Part shown: piece by piece, positions 1-8,981 of the stretch | Numbering within the stretch: the stretch's first letter is position 1 | Layout of the letters: the number at the start of each line of letters is the position of its first letter | Assembly (NCBI GenBank): GCA_964415795.1 | Contig: CAYQBN010000001.1 | Location: 212,164 to 276,163 of the forward strand | DNA from: an uncultured Spirochaetales bacterium | GTDB lineage: Bacteria; UBP6; UBA1177; JAKLFG01 | Length of the DNA stretch: 64,000 nucleotides | Direction: 5' to 3' | Position numbers and translations under genes: made by a program | The notes under the pieces: model-generated | The model's database searches: none | What the model was told of the DNA's origin: nothing | The model's input: the letters and a program-made list of their open reading frames with translations, nothing else

Positions 1-215
1 GTGAGATAGGGACTGGTCCGACGCCAGTCGGCGAGGGTTCGTATCATCCCGCGGTCGAGCAGGCCGATGAACGCGGCATCGCCGATGTCGTTCTTGATGA
101 CGGTGTTGTCCCAGTCGAACACTGCCACTTTGCGGCCCGGACGCTTCGCCTCGGCGGTGAGAAAGGCGATAAGCGCCGCGTGGTTCTTCGGGTCCCATCC
201 GTCGGGGTTGAGCAT
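1..215 (-). CDS. HAD-superfamily hydrolase/phosphatase, 5' part only (runs off the window)
   Basis: Manual translation from ATG at 215 with a GGAGAGGAG RBS: MLNPDGWDPKNHAALIAFLTAEAKRPGRKVAVFDWDNTVIKNDIGD... contains HAD motif I DxDxT (FDWDNT). Not in the supplied ORF track. Confidence 0.75.
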   Translation of the reverse strand, partial: MLNPDGWDPKNHAALIAFLTAEAKRPGRKVAVFDWDNTVIKNDIGDAAFIGLLDRGMIRTLADWRRTSPYL

Positions 216-301
216 GGACTCCTCTCCTTTAATACGAGCCTGACAACACGGAGAGAATAGAAGGTTCTCGAGCTGATGGCAAATTCTTACGAAAAAGGAT
301 T

Positions 302-394
302 CTAGAACGACTCCCTCACGGTCTGACCCACCGAAACAAAAAAAACGATCAACAAAACCACTGCAGTTCCGATCGCCCCGAGCGCCACTTTCAT
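302..394 (-). CDS. Putative 30-aa single-pass membrane small protein (MKVALGAIGTAVVLLIVFFVSVGQTVRESF)
   Basis: ATG at 394 preceded by GGAGG (400-404), stop TAG at 302-304, hydrophobic run of about 18 residues, directly downstream of a Pho-box-like repeat. Confidence 0.6.
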   Translation of the reverse strand: MKVALGAIGTAVVLLIVFFVSVGQTVRESF

Positions 395-439
395 GATAAC
401 CTCCATTCACGAGCTACGATCCTATCATGGCTTCGTTAT

Positions 440-466
440 GTCAGGATACGGTAAAGGGCGGGTGAA
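440..466 (-). promoter_or_regulatory. Pho-box-like 11-bp direct repeats (TTCAC/TTTAC/CTGAC)
   Basis: Minus strand reads TTCACCCGCCC TTTACCGTATC CTGAC; oriented toward the small ORF and the HAD gene. Confidence 0.65.
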
Positions 467-487
467 ACGATCATGAAAACAGAAGTG

Positions 488-2128
488 TTACTTCTGTATC
501 TGGAAGGTGTCGATGAAGCCCATCGAGGCGCCGGTATCGCTGTTGAGTTCCACCGCCCGGAAGCTGAGGTGTGCGCCGTCGATGGTGACCGCAACATAGT
601 GAATCGCCGCCTTGGTCACCTTGACCTTGTCGGTCGTCTTCACATCGTAGAGAGTCGCACCGGCACCGGCGGTGACGATGTAGTTGACTCCATCGGCCTC
701 CGTCGGCTGCTTCACATCTCCCTTAAGCGGCACCGAGCGCTGGTAATAGTGGTCATGACCATTGAAAACCATTGTGACGCCATACTGATCGAAGACGGGT
801 GCCCATACCGCTTTGAGATCGCTGTTGAAACTGCCGCCGTGCGTAAGGTCGGTCGTTTCGCTGTAGATGGGGCGATGATGCGTGACGAAGCGCCACACGG
901 CATCGGGGAACCACTGGCTAAACACCTGATGCATGAACTGGGTTTGCTGGTCCTTGATAGAACCGTCCTTCATGAGGGCGCCGGTGCAGGCGGTGCCATA
1001 GGTGCCCCACAGCCCTGCGCCGTTCCAGCAATCGTTGATGTTGACGAACACCGCGTTACCGTAGCGGATAGCGAACCAGTGCTCATTGCCCGGCATCGCG
1101 AACTGGGCGAAATAGTTCACCGCCGACTGTTCATGATTTCCGACCACTGAGAGGATCGGCACGCTGCGCATCCATTCTTCGGCCTGCTCGAAGACATCGA
1201 ACCACTGACTCTGGGTGGTTCCTTCACTCACCCAGTCACCACCGAAACTAATGAACACCGGATCCTCGTTCTCGATCGCTGCCCTGATGGTCCGGGCGAG
1301 CCGGTCGGGGGCGCCGCGGCTGTCGCCCATCGCGACGAAGGTGAACGGCGGAGCCGGTTTGCGCGGATCGGGGGCCGTGCGGAAGTGCGATACCGGCGAG
1401 AGGTGATCAGGATCACCGACCCGATAGTAGTAGGTCGTCCCCGGCGTAAGTCCGCAGAGTTCGGCAACATGAACCGTTTTTCGGGCACTGTCGTAGGGAA
1501 GTACCCACGCCGCCCCTTCCATCGAACCGGTGTTGCTGGGGCCGGTCTCAACGCAATTCTGCGTCATTGCCTCGTCGGTGCAAGCTTTCGCGTAGGTCAT
1601 CTTTGTCATCGAGCCGGCCGAGGAATCGAGTGTGGTCCACGTAAAGGTCATCGAGATCGCCGGTTCGCTCTGCCACGAGAGGTGAACATAGCGCGGCGTC
1701 GGTGCGTCGCCGATCGTGGGGTCAGCAGGCATCGGGATGAGCGCGGCATTGCCCGTTTCACCCTGATTGGTGCCGCAGGTTGGGTCGATGATCGGCGGTT
1801 CTCCGCCATCGTCGGGCTGTTCGTTGTCCACCGGGGTTCCGTTGTCGGTCGGCGTCGTATCTGGCTGGGGTTCGGTATCGTTCGACTGAGTGCCATCGGT
1901 CGGTTGATTGTCGATCATCCCGCCGGTATCGGGCTGTTCGGTGTCGATCACTTGGCCACTGTCGGTCGGTGGAGTCGTGTCGGTCTGTTCAGCGGTGTCG
2001 GTCACGCCGGTGTGGTCGGAAGTACCGGCGGCATCGTTCTGTACATACTGCGAACTGTCCGAGACATCGCACGCAGCGGCCACAAGAGCCACTACACCAA
2101 CGAACAGCAAAAGGTACGGCATCTTCAT
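488..2128 (-). CDS. Purple acid phosphatase-like metallophosphoesterase lipoprotein with FN3-like domain and acidic Thr/Asp/Pro stalk
   Basis: Lipobox-like AAAC; motifs GDSRG, GGDWV, GNHE, THHRP, GHDH. Start moved to ATG 2128 (AAGGAGG RBS). Confidence 0.85.
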   Translation of the reverse strand: MKMPYLLLFVGVVALVAAACDVSDSSQYVQNDAAGTSDHTGVTDTAEQTDTTPPTDSGQVIDTEQPDTGGMIDNQPTDGTQSNDTEPQPDTTPTDNGTPVDNEQPDDGGEPPIIDPTCGTNQGETGNAALIPMPADPTIGDAPTPRYVHLSWQSEPAISMTFTWTTLDSSAGSMTKMTYAKACTDEAMTQNCVETGPSNTGSMEGAAWVLPYDSARKTVHVAELCGLTPGTTYYYRVGDPDHLSPVSHFRTAPDPRKPAPPFTFVAMGDSRGAPDRLARTIRAAIENEDPVFISFGGDWVSEGTTQSQWFDVFEQAEEWMRSVPILSVVGNHEQSAVNYFAQFAMPGNEHWFAIRYGNAVFVNINDCWNGAGLWGTYGTACTGALMKDGSIKDQQTQFMHQVFSQWFPDAVWRFVTHHRPIYSETTDLTHGGSFNSDLKAVWAPVFDQYGVTMVFNGHDHYYQRSVPLKGDVKQPTEADGVNYIVTAGAGATLYDVKTTDKVKVTKAAIHYVAVTIDGAHLSFRAVELNSDTGASMGFIDTFQIQK

Positions 2129-2142
2129 GGTATCCTCCTTCG

Positions 2143-3648
2143 CTATAACGCGAACTGTGCTTGTAGTATCCAACTATCGTTCCGTATCTGCGCGTTCGGC
2201 GGATAGGGAGAACCTTCACCCGGATTGAAGTTCTCGATCTCGTCACGCAAGTGGTAATCGAAACTAATCTTGATCGTGTTCTTTCTTCCACCGGGACTGA
2301 AGTAGAGGTTGAAGCCGAAGGTAGTCGTCCGCATCTTGCGATCCATCACCTTACCGATCCCCTGAGGTACGAAGGCATCCGCATCGGCAGCAGAGTACTT
2401 GTGCCCGCCGATCATCTGGTAAGGATCGAACTCCTCGTAGCGGAGCTTGAGTTCGAGATGTTCCCGGACCCAGTAGGGGATTGGAACAAAGAGCCCCGCC
2501 TGCAGATACCATCCTTCCGACTCCCACGCCGGATCGAATACCGACTGCGCCTCATATTTCTTGCTTCCGGCGCTCTGGAGGAGCACCCAACCGCCGCCGA
2601 GCGAAAGACCTTCGAATCCGATAACGCCGTCTATCGCATAGAAGTAGGCGTCTTTGTCAACATCGTAGGCCGACTCGAGATCGATGCTCTTGCCATAGTT
2701 GAATCCGATACTGCCGGTGAAGTCGCGCCAGTTCCAGTCGGTCGGCCAGTGGTCGGGATTGAATTTCCAGTGACTCTCGTTGTACTCCCCGTAGCCGAAG
2801 GGATTTATCTCGGCGCGAAGCGAATACATCGATGCGCCGTTGCGGCCCGATCCCGATTTGAAATCATAGCCGTTCTGGTAGGCAAAGTAGTAGCGGACGA
2901 TCCCCTGCGGCCATTCCTTGAACACATCGAGTTCTGGCCACGGGAAGAGATCGCCTTGGATCATCGCGCCAAAGTCGCTCCCAGGGAACGCGCCGGTTTT
3001 CTTCGAGGGATCGAACCCCTTGATGCTCATGGTCCGCTGGCGAACCGCCATCGCCTCTTCGGCGAAGAGGTGTTTCGAGCCCGACATCATCTTCTGGTAG
3101 AGGAGCGGCGCCTTGATGAGTCCTGTCCGTATCTCGGCGTAACGGACGATCGGGAAGCTGACATACGCTTCGGAGACGATACTGTCGCCGATCTTCTGGT
3201 CCCACAGGTCGAGTTCCATCTTGAAGCCGCTCCACGAAGCGAATTTCCCCGCGAAGGCCATCCGCGCCTTGTTGAGCGAGAAGACATCGACGAGGGAGGT
3301 CGGCGGCATGTTGGCGTCGTTGTTCTGATAGGTGAATCGGCTCTGAAGGTACCCCGAGAAATAGAGGTAACTCTCGTTGGTGTCGTTCGACCAGAGAATA
3401 AGTTTATCCTCCGGTAGCGGCTTTTTCTCTTTCGGTGCGTCCTTCTTTTCTTCGCCGGCCACCGTATGGGCCGCCCGTTCTTTTTCGAGCGCATCGCGTA
3501 CCGCTTCGTTCACGATGCGGCGCACCTCCTGTTCAGTGAGGGTCCGTTCGGTGTTTCTGGCGATCTCCCCGTCGTCAACGAACTCATCCTGAGCCAAAAG
3601 AAAGGACGAGAAAAGGATCGGGAGCAGAAAAAGGGAGAGATGATTCAT
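2143..3648 (-). CDS. Outer-membrane porin, phosphate-selective OprO/OprP-like
   Basis: Signal peptide, short coiled segment, then GYLQSRF...KARMAFAG...EAYV...GLIKAP pattern of porin O/P; C-terminal aromatic strand (LQAQFAL); sits between two phosphatases. Confidence 0.7.
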   Translation of the reverse strand: MNHLSLFLLPILFSSFLLAQDEFVDDGEIARNTERTLTEQEVRRIVNEAVRDALEKERAAHTVAGEEKKDAPKEKKPLPEDKLILWSNDTNESYLYFSGYLQSRFTYQNNDANMPPTSLVDVFSLNKARMAFAGKFASWSGFKMELDLWDQKIGDSIVSEAYVSFPIVRYAEIRTGLIKAPLLYQKMMSGSKHLFAEEAMAVRQRTMSIKGFDPSKKTGAFPGSDFGAMIQGDLFPWPELDVFKEWPQGIVRYYFAYQNGYDFKSGSGRNGASMYSLRAEINPFGYGEYNESHWKFNPDHWPTDWNWRDFTGSIGFNYGKSIDLESAYDVDKDAYFYAIDGVIGFEGLSLGGGWVLLQSAGSKKYEAQSVFDPAWESEGWYLQAGLFVPIPYWVREHLELKLRYEEFDPYQMIGGHKYSAADADAFVPQGIGKVMDRKMRTTTFGFNLYFSPGGRKNTIKISFDYHLRDEIENFNPGEGSPYPPNAQIRNDSWILQAQFAL

Positions 3649-3657
3649 GCCGTTCTC

Positions 3658-5823
3658 CTACTTGAAGTAAACGCCCAGTCCGGTCTTCTCCTGAAAGTCA
3701 ACGATCTTCGCGGCACGCAGGTTGGCGATTGGGTCGGAGCTGCGGGTCGGGTCGGCGAGTTGCATTCCGTGGTCGCTCGTAAGGATGACGACGGTGTTCT
3801 CGAGCATTCCCCATTTGGCGAACCAGTTGAACATCACCCTGAGGTTGTTGTCGATGTGTTCGAGCACCTTACCCATGAGATCGCCGTGCGGCCCGCGGTC
3901 GTGGCCGGTTCCATCGGTCGCCGGGAAATTCATGATGACGAACTTCGGACGCGGTTGGACCTTCTCGAAAAGATTGTAGAACTCTGTCATCGAGGCGAGT
4001 TCCGTCATCTGTTCGCCGAAGATACTGTAACTTTCGGTCACGCTTACATTGGGATAGGTGAGTCCGTCGAACGGAATGAGTGACGAAAGTGCCTTTTGAA
4101 CGAGCGGCACTTGTCCCGACCGATCGCGGAACTCGAGATCGGCGGTATCGGCGTCGCTGACCGACGGGTCGAAGAAACTGGCAGTGTAGGCGCCGTTCGG
4201 CTCATCCCACTGCCCGAAGGCGCGGTGGAGCGCCATGTGGAGCGATTCGACCTGTTCGGGAATGACCGGATTCCAATACTTCTCGGTGTTGAAGGTGTCG
4301 CCGATCGGGGTCGCCGACTCTTTGGTGTCGCGGTAGTAGTAGGAGTTGTCCACAAGCCCATGATGGCCGCTGTAGGCGCCGGAACCAAGCACATTGTGGC
4401 TCGGATAGGTGACGCTCGGCCAGTTAGTGATACTGCCATACTTCGCCCACATTCCCTCGTTCCTCATCTTAGCGATGGTCGAATACTTCTCTGGTTCGGT
4501 GTCGATCCGCCGGTGCAGTTCGGTGTGGTTGAGCCCGTCGCAGGTCACGATGATAACAGTTTGCACTAGTTCCCCCGAGAGGATCTCCTCAATGACATGG
4601 CCATCCTGCCAGCGGAGGTAGCAGTGGTGACTGAAGATGCCGCGCTCGTCAACGCAATCGGTCTTCGGCGCACCGAGCATCTTCATGACGGTCGGCGCGA
4701 CATCGACATGGCGGAGCGGCCCCTCATAGACGCCCGGCAGGATCCCTTTCCCCCACGCAACGAAAGGGGAACGACTCTGGATGAGATTGAGACTCGCGTG
4801 TTCCCCCGGCGCAACGGCGAAGTGGGCGAAATTTGCCCAGTTGACCATGAGATCGGCACTGTCGTAATGGTCGAAATAGGCGGCAATTCTCTCGTAACCG
4901 TACGGATACACTTCATCTTTTAGATCTATGAACGACAGGCGCGGGTCACCGTCGGCATACCCTTCGACCGTGGCGTTGTTGGGGTTCGATCCCAGCGCCA
5001 GTTCCTCCGCGTAGGTCGGGGCAACGAACTGGCTTTGATTCTCGATCGGATTGCCCCCTTCGAGGACCTCGACATCGTAGCGGTACCCTTTGTTGGTGTT
5101 GACCCGAGTGAACCGTATCTTGCCGCGCGCGGCGGTCACTTCATAGGTGTTCTCACCGATGCGCGTCGCAACGAAGTCGGTGCCGGGATCGGCGACAAGG
5201 AAATCGAGCGCTTTCGCGTAAAGTTCCTCCTCGCCGGGATTGATCCCCTGCTTTTCCTGCGGGAGAACCACAAATCCGCTGTGCTCCTCGACATTCATGA
5301 GGTAAAAGGGACCGGCTTCGACGGGAGCGTCTTTTCCGCTTTCGAAACGGAAGAATATCTCTCCCGCGCATCCCGCCTCCTGCTCCCAACTGTACCAGAC
5401 GACCGTCTGCGGTTCGGCGGCAAGCCCTTTGAGCGAAGAAGGGGTATCTATCGGCGTCCACTCGGCGGCGCATCCTCCTCTGTAGGAGATCATGAGGTCG
5501 CGCGGTTCACCGTCTTCGGGAGACAAGATGAACGAAACGGTGATGTCGCCCCAATCGGGACTCATTGCCACGCCACTGACGAACGGTATCTCTGGCTCGA
5601 CGAGGTCCTCATCGGTAAGAAGATCGTCCTCTCCGTTCACACCTTCGTCCGTTATCCCCTGATCGTCCGCCATCTCTTCCTTTTCTCCCGCTCCCTCATC
5701 GACCGACATCGTCTCGTCCGTTGCCGCGACGGTATCGTTCTCGGCGACGACCCACGGGTCTCCTTCTCTATCGCACGCCCCAAACAACAGCATGCTGACG
5801 ACGACGAAAAGTATCGTTCTCAT
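3658..5823 (-). CDS. Alkaline phosphatase/nucleotide pyrophosphatase-phosphodiesterase superfamily lipoprotein, apparently circularly permuted
   Basis: Lipobox FGAC; motifs CDG, PSVTYPSH, GHHGLVDN, DGTGH, SDHG, and GEH/PFVAWG/VDVAPT in non-canonical order. Confidence 0.8.
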   Translation of the reverse strand: MRTILFVVVSMLLFGACDREGDPWVVAENDTVAATDETMSVDEGAGEKEEMADDQGITDEGVNGEDDLLTDEDLVEPEIPFVSGVAMSPDWGDITVSFILSPEDGEPRDLMISYRGGCAAEWTPIDTPSSLKGLAAEPQTVVWYSWEQEAGCAGEIFFRFESGKDAPVEAGPFYLMNVEEHSGFVVLPQEKQGINPGEEELYAKALDFLVADPGTDFVATRIGENTYEVTAARGKIRFTRVNTNKGYRYDVEVLEGGNPIENQSQFVAPTYAEELALGSNPNNATVEGYADGDPRLSFIDLKDEVYPYGYERIAAYFDHYDSADLMVNWANFAHFAVAPGEHASLNLIQSRSPFVAWGKGILPGVYEGPLRHVDVAPTVMKMLGAPKTDCVDERGIFSHHCYLRWQDGHVIEEILSGELVQTVIIVTCDGLNHTELHRRIDTEPEKYSTIAKMRNEGMWAKYGSITNWPSVTYPSHNVLGSGAYSGHHGLVDNSYYYRDTKESATPIGDTFNTEKYWNPVIPEQVESLHMALHRAFGQWDEPNGAYTASFFDPSVSDADTADLEFRDRSGQVPLVQKALSSLIPFDGLTYPNVSVTESYSIFGEQMTELASMTEFYNLFEKVQPRPKFVIMNFPATDGTGHDRGPHGDLMGKVLEHIDNNLRVMFNWFAKWGMLENTVVILTSDHGMQLADPTRSSDPIANLRAAKIVDFQEKTGLGVYFK

Positions 5824-5887
5824 GGCAATCCTCCTCGAAAAACGGGAACATGGTGCCTTCCCATCATGTGGCGATGATGAGGCGTTC

Positions 5888-5914
5888 GTTAGAATGCAAT
5901 GTAAGGACGGTAAA
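5888..5914 (-). promoter_or_regulatory. Pho-box-like 11-bp repeats (TTTAC/TACAT/CTAAC)
   Basis: Minus strand TTTACCGTCCT TACATTGCATT CTAAC upstream of the phosphatase-porin operon; the middle unit is degenerate. Confidence 0.5.
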
Positions 5915-5915
5915 A

Positions 5916-6818
5916 TTATGCCGCCCGAATCACCTGCGATGGCGATGAAACCTCGAATTTCGCACCGACTTGACCGTTCAACTTGTCCATGTCGAGCAGG
6001 GTGAGGAAATCGGCACAGCGGAAGTGACGGTCGATTATCGGTTCGCCGAGCACCGTGGCTCCTGCTTTAAGATAAGCCTTGAGAAGTGGCGGTATAAGAG
6101 CCTTGGCGTGTTCCTCGTCAATGCCACCGATCGAGGAGACGAAGCGATAGTAATCATCGAACTGACGAATACGGAATTTCCGGTTCGGCTGGGCGTGCAC
6201 GACACCATTTCCCGCATGATAGACTGAAAAATAACCGTGGAGCGCAACGAGATCATCCATGTCCATCGTCTTGATGCTCGAACAACCGAAGAGCCATTGC
6301 GCACCAGTATGTTTGGCATATTCGGCGATCCCCTTCCACAACAGAAGAATGGCGGCACCGGTGCGATGATCGGCATGGACGCAGGCGCGTCCCAACTCGA
6401 CCTTGACTCCCGGCAGTTGGAGTATCTCTCTGATGTTGAATTCGGTTGCCGTGTAGAAGTTGCGCGTGAACAGCGAACAGTTGAACCGGTACGTACCAAC
6501 GCAGGCACCGCTTTCCCGGTCTATGAGCATGAGGTGATCGCACTTGAGATCGAATCGGTCGAAGTCGAGTCCGAGCGGGTGACGGATGTGGAGCAGTTCC
6601 TCGTAGAACACCGCATGTCGGAGCAAGAGAACCTGCCGCAGATCATCGCCGTTCTCGGCCATCTTAACCGTGTAACGCTTATTTTCCAGCAAGAAGCGGA
6701 CATGCGGCCGGTAGCGGTCGAGTTGCGCATCGATGCGAGACACCACGAATTTGCGGGCGATCTGCCCGACGAGCGGCATCGAGAACGGGGCTTTCTTCAT
6801 CGTGAGCGTCGTGCTCAT
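5916..6818 (-). CDS. GNAT-fold N-acyltransferase, OlsB-like (ornithine/amino-lipid synthesis)
   Basis: LRHAVFYEEL, DRFDLKCDHL, VGTYR, ELGRACV, IPPLLKAYL..GA...GEP..D..F...D pattern typical of the OlsB/Acetyltransf_5 family. Confidence 0.75.
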   Translation of the reverse strand: MSTTLTMKKAPFSMPLVGQIARKFVVSRIDAQLDRYRPHVRFLLENKRYTVKMAENGDDLRQVLLLRHAVFYEELLHIRHPLGLDFDRFDLKCDHLMLIDRESGACVGTYRFNCSLFTRNFYTATEFNIREILQLPGVKVELGRACVHADHRTGAAILLLWKGIAEYAKHTGAQWLFGCSSIKTMDMDDLVALHGYFSVYHAGNGVVHAQPNRKFRIRQFDDYYRFVSSIGGIDEEHAKALIPPLLKAYLKAGATVLGEPIIDRHFRCADFLTLLDMDKLNGQVGAKFEVSSPSQVIRAA

Positions 6819-6879
6819 CAGACACCTCCATTTACCTTTCTATAACGGAGGAAACATCGTCCCTTCGTATTGTCGCATG

Positions 6880-6906
6880 ATGAAAGGCGTGTTGAAAAAC
6901 GGTGAA
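6880..6906 (-). promoter_or_regulatory. Pho-box-like 11-bp repeats (TTCAC/TCAAC/TTCAT)
   Basis: Minus strand TTCACCGTTTT TCAACACGCCT TTCAT upstream of the OlsB-like gene. Confidence 0.55.
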
Positions 6907-6916
6907 AAGTGAAGGA

Positions 6917-7618
6917 TCATCGTATCTTCACCGTCTCGTACCAGAGCGTTTCGGTGTCGAGAATGACCCCCTGAAAGCGCCCCATCGAGCAGGAGCCGCA
7001 GTTGAGGTAACGCTTCTTTTTATTGAGGTAATAGGTCTTGTGGTATTCGATCTTGTGGGTGTGTCCCAGTATCACCACATCGTACTTCCTCAAAAGGCCG
7101 AGCGCATAGTTAAGGTATCGGAACGAATTATACTTTCGCGGTATTCGATGGATCTCGTCATCGAACGCGATCGCCGCACGATAGAGTTTCTTGAACCACT
7201 TGAAGCGGCACATTGCCTTGATAAGCAGATACATCCACCGTCCGAACAGGCGCCCGATACGGGTGCCGTTCAAGAAATCGGCGTTGTGTCCATGTTCGAT
7301 GTAGATCGTTTGACCGCCCGCGTTACGAATGAGGAGATGGTCTTTGCCGAAATTGTTGAAGATATCGTGATTGCCCCGGATATAGATCGGCTTTTTCGAG
7401 TAGAGATAGGCGAGCAGTTCACGGTTGTGTTCGACTATCTCCGTAAAATCCCATTTGTAGAGTTCATAGATGTCGCCGTTGAGAACGATCATCTCCACCT
7501 TGTACTGCGCAATGACCGATTCCATCGTGGCAATGAACTCGGTAGGGTGCCAGCCGAAGATGTCCGATCCATCCTTCGGAACACCGAGGTGAAGGTCGGA
7601 GATGACCATGATTTGCAT
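6917..7618 (-). CDS. Calcineurin-like metallophosphoesterase, LpxH/PlcP-like
   Basis: ISDLHLG, NGDIYE, RGNHD, EHGH, LGHTH motifs. Likely start ATG 7618 (MQIMVISD), 1 nt after the upstream stop. Confidence 0.8.
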   Translation of the reverse strand: MQIMVISDLHLGVPKDGSDIFGWHPTEFIATMESVIAQYKVEMIVLNGDIYELYKWDFTEIVEHNRELLAYLYSKKPIYIRGNHDIFNNFGKDHLLIRNAGGQTIYIEHGHNADFLNGTRIGRLFGRWMYLLIKAMCRFKWFKKLYRAAIAFDDEIHRIPRKYNSFRYLNYALGLLRKYDVVILGHTHKIEYHKTYYLNKKKRYLNCGSCSMGRFQGVILDTETLWYETVKIR

Positions 7619-7619
7619 G

Positions 7620-8981
7620 CTACACTCCGAGGGGGCGTTCTCCGGGCGAAAACTTTCCCGTCGCGACGACCTCTTCGATGAAGTAGGTGCCCTTCTTGCG
7701 TCCCTTGAGAAAACCGTTCCACGCCGCTTCGGCAAGCCGTCCCTTCCGACGGAGATCAAAGAGCCACTCGTTACAGTACCGTGCTGGCCCGGGCATCTTG
7801 AAACCGGCCCCCATCTCGCGGACCCAGCGGCGGTTCTGTTTCTCGTGGTACCCGACCGGCTGAGAAAAGATGATGGGAATGCCGAGCGCGCAGTAGAACG
7901 ACAGTTCACTCGGTTTGGTCCAGAGAACATCGACTTCTCGAAGGACTCGGTTGAATGCGGCGAAGTACTCGTCGTAGCCGGCGCCCCAAACGATCCTGAC
8001 CGCATTGTCGAGTCGGTATACCCCCGTTTCGACGAGATAAGACTCGAACTGCCGCTTTACCGACCTACTGACGCCTGCTGAAAGAAGCAGCCGTACCTTG
8101 CCTCCTTCAATGAACGGAATGAGCGCAGTCAAGATGTCGCGCGTCATTGCCGCCTGCGTACCCGAACCGCCGACCGCAAAGAGAAGCGTCAAATGATCGC
8201 GCCGTCGGAGCGGTATCTCGCGATCTCCGAGAAAATGGCGCACCTCTCGCTCATGGAGAGGGAAAAAACGGTTGTCGGGATCGAGCCGGATCAGGCGCTC
8301 AAAGAGGTCGTCACGGAGGATCTCGAGATGCTCCTTGCTCCCCAAGCACTCTTTCGGAAGCGGAAATCCGGTGAGATGGATTCGTTCCTCGGGGACGCCA
8401 TAATTTTTAAGACGGCGTACCACATTGGCACACGGTGCACAGTAGTGAAGGGCGCTCCGCGCGGGGTCGCGCGGCACCCAGACACGATTGACGTCACTGT
8501 CGGTGACGAGCACGAAGGTCGGTTGCTCGCGGCTCCCAAGTGCATCCTGTGCGAGCGCCGTAGCAAAGAAGGTGTGGATCGAGGGGAGCGGTCGCTCCCT
8601 GATACGACGAATGAGGCTTGCACCAAGCCCCCGGAATCGGATGAGAAAATCAACATACCGGAGACCGATCGTTGGTCGCGATAGATCACGCGAGGGGTAG
8701 CGCGGTGGAATACGGAACAACCAATCGAGGAGAGCAAAAAGCCAAGGTCCGATGATCGGAACATCGAGTGCCCGTGAGAAAAGGTAGTAGAGCCGACGTG
8801 TCCGCCGCAACGCCCGGGCCTCGACGGTATCGGTTATCGTTTCGTCGCCATAGACGATCGTTTTTCCTTCCTCAGCGAGGTCACGGAGGGGGTAAGCGGC
8901 ACGAAGATGGCCGAGACCCATCTCGACCGAGATGACCCACGCCTTGGGAGAGGTATCAGTTTTCGTACTCGAGTCCGCCAT
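7620..8981 (-). CDS. GT-B fold glycosyltransferase-like protein resembling GT28 (MGDG synthase/UgtP-like)
   Basis: N-terminal MGLGHLRAA, VTD, TGFP, AVGGSG, LWTKPSEL and ALGIPII...HEKQN elements paralleling GT28 signatures. Start set at MADSS (8981). Confidence 0.55.
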   Translation of the reverse strand: MADSSTKTDTSPKAWVISVEMGLGHLRAAYPLRDLAEEGKTIVYGDETITDTVEARALRRTRRLYYLFSRALDVPIIGPWLFALLDWLFRIPPRYPSRDLSRPTIGLRYVDFLIRFRGLGASLIRRIRERPLPSIHTFFATALAQDALGSREQPTFVLVTDSDVNRVWVPRDPARSALHYCAPCANVVRRLKNYGVPEERIHLTGFPLPKECLGSKEHLEILRDDLFERLIRLDPDNRFFPLHEREVRHFLGDREIPLRRRDHLTLLFAVGGSGTQAAMTRDILTALIPFIEGGKVRLLLSAGVSRSVKRQFESYLVETGVYRLDNAVRIVWGAGYDEYFAAFNRVLREVDVLWTKPSELSFYCALGIPIIFSQPVGYHEKQNRRWVREMGAGFKMPGPARYCNEWLFDLRRKGRLAEAAWNGFLKGRKKGTYFIEEVVATGKFSPGERPLGV

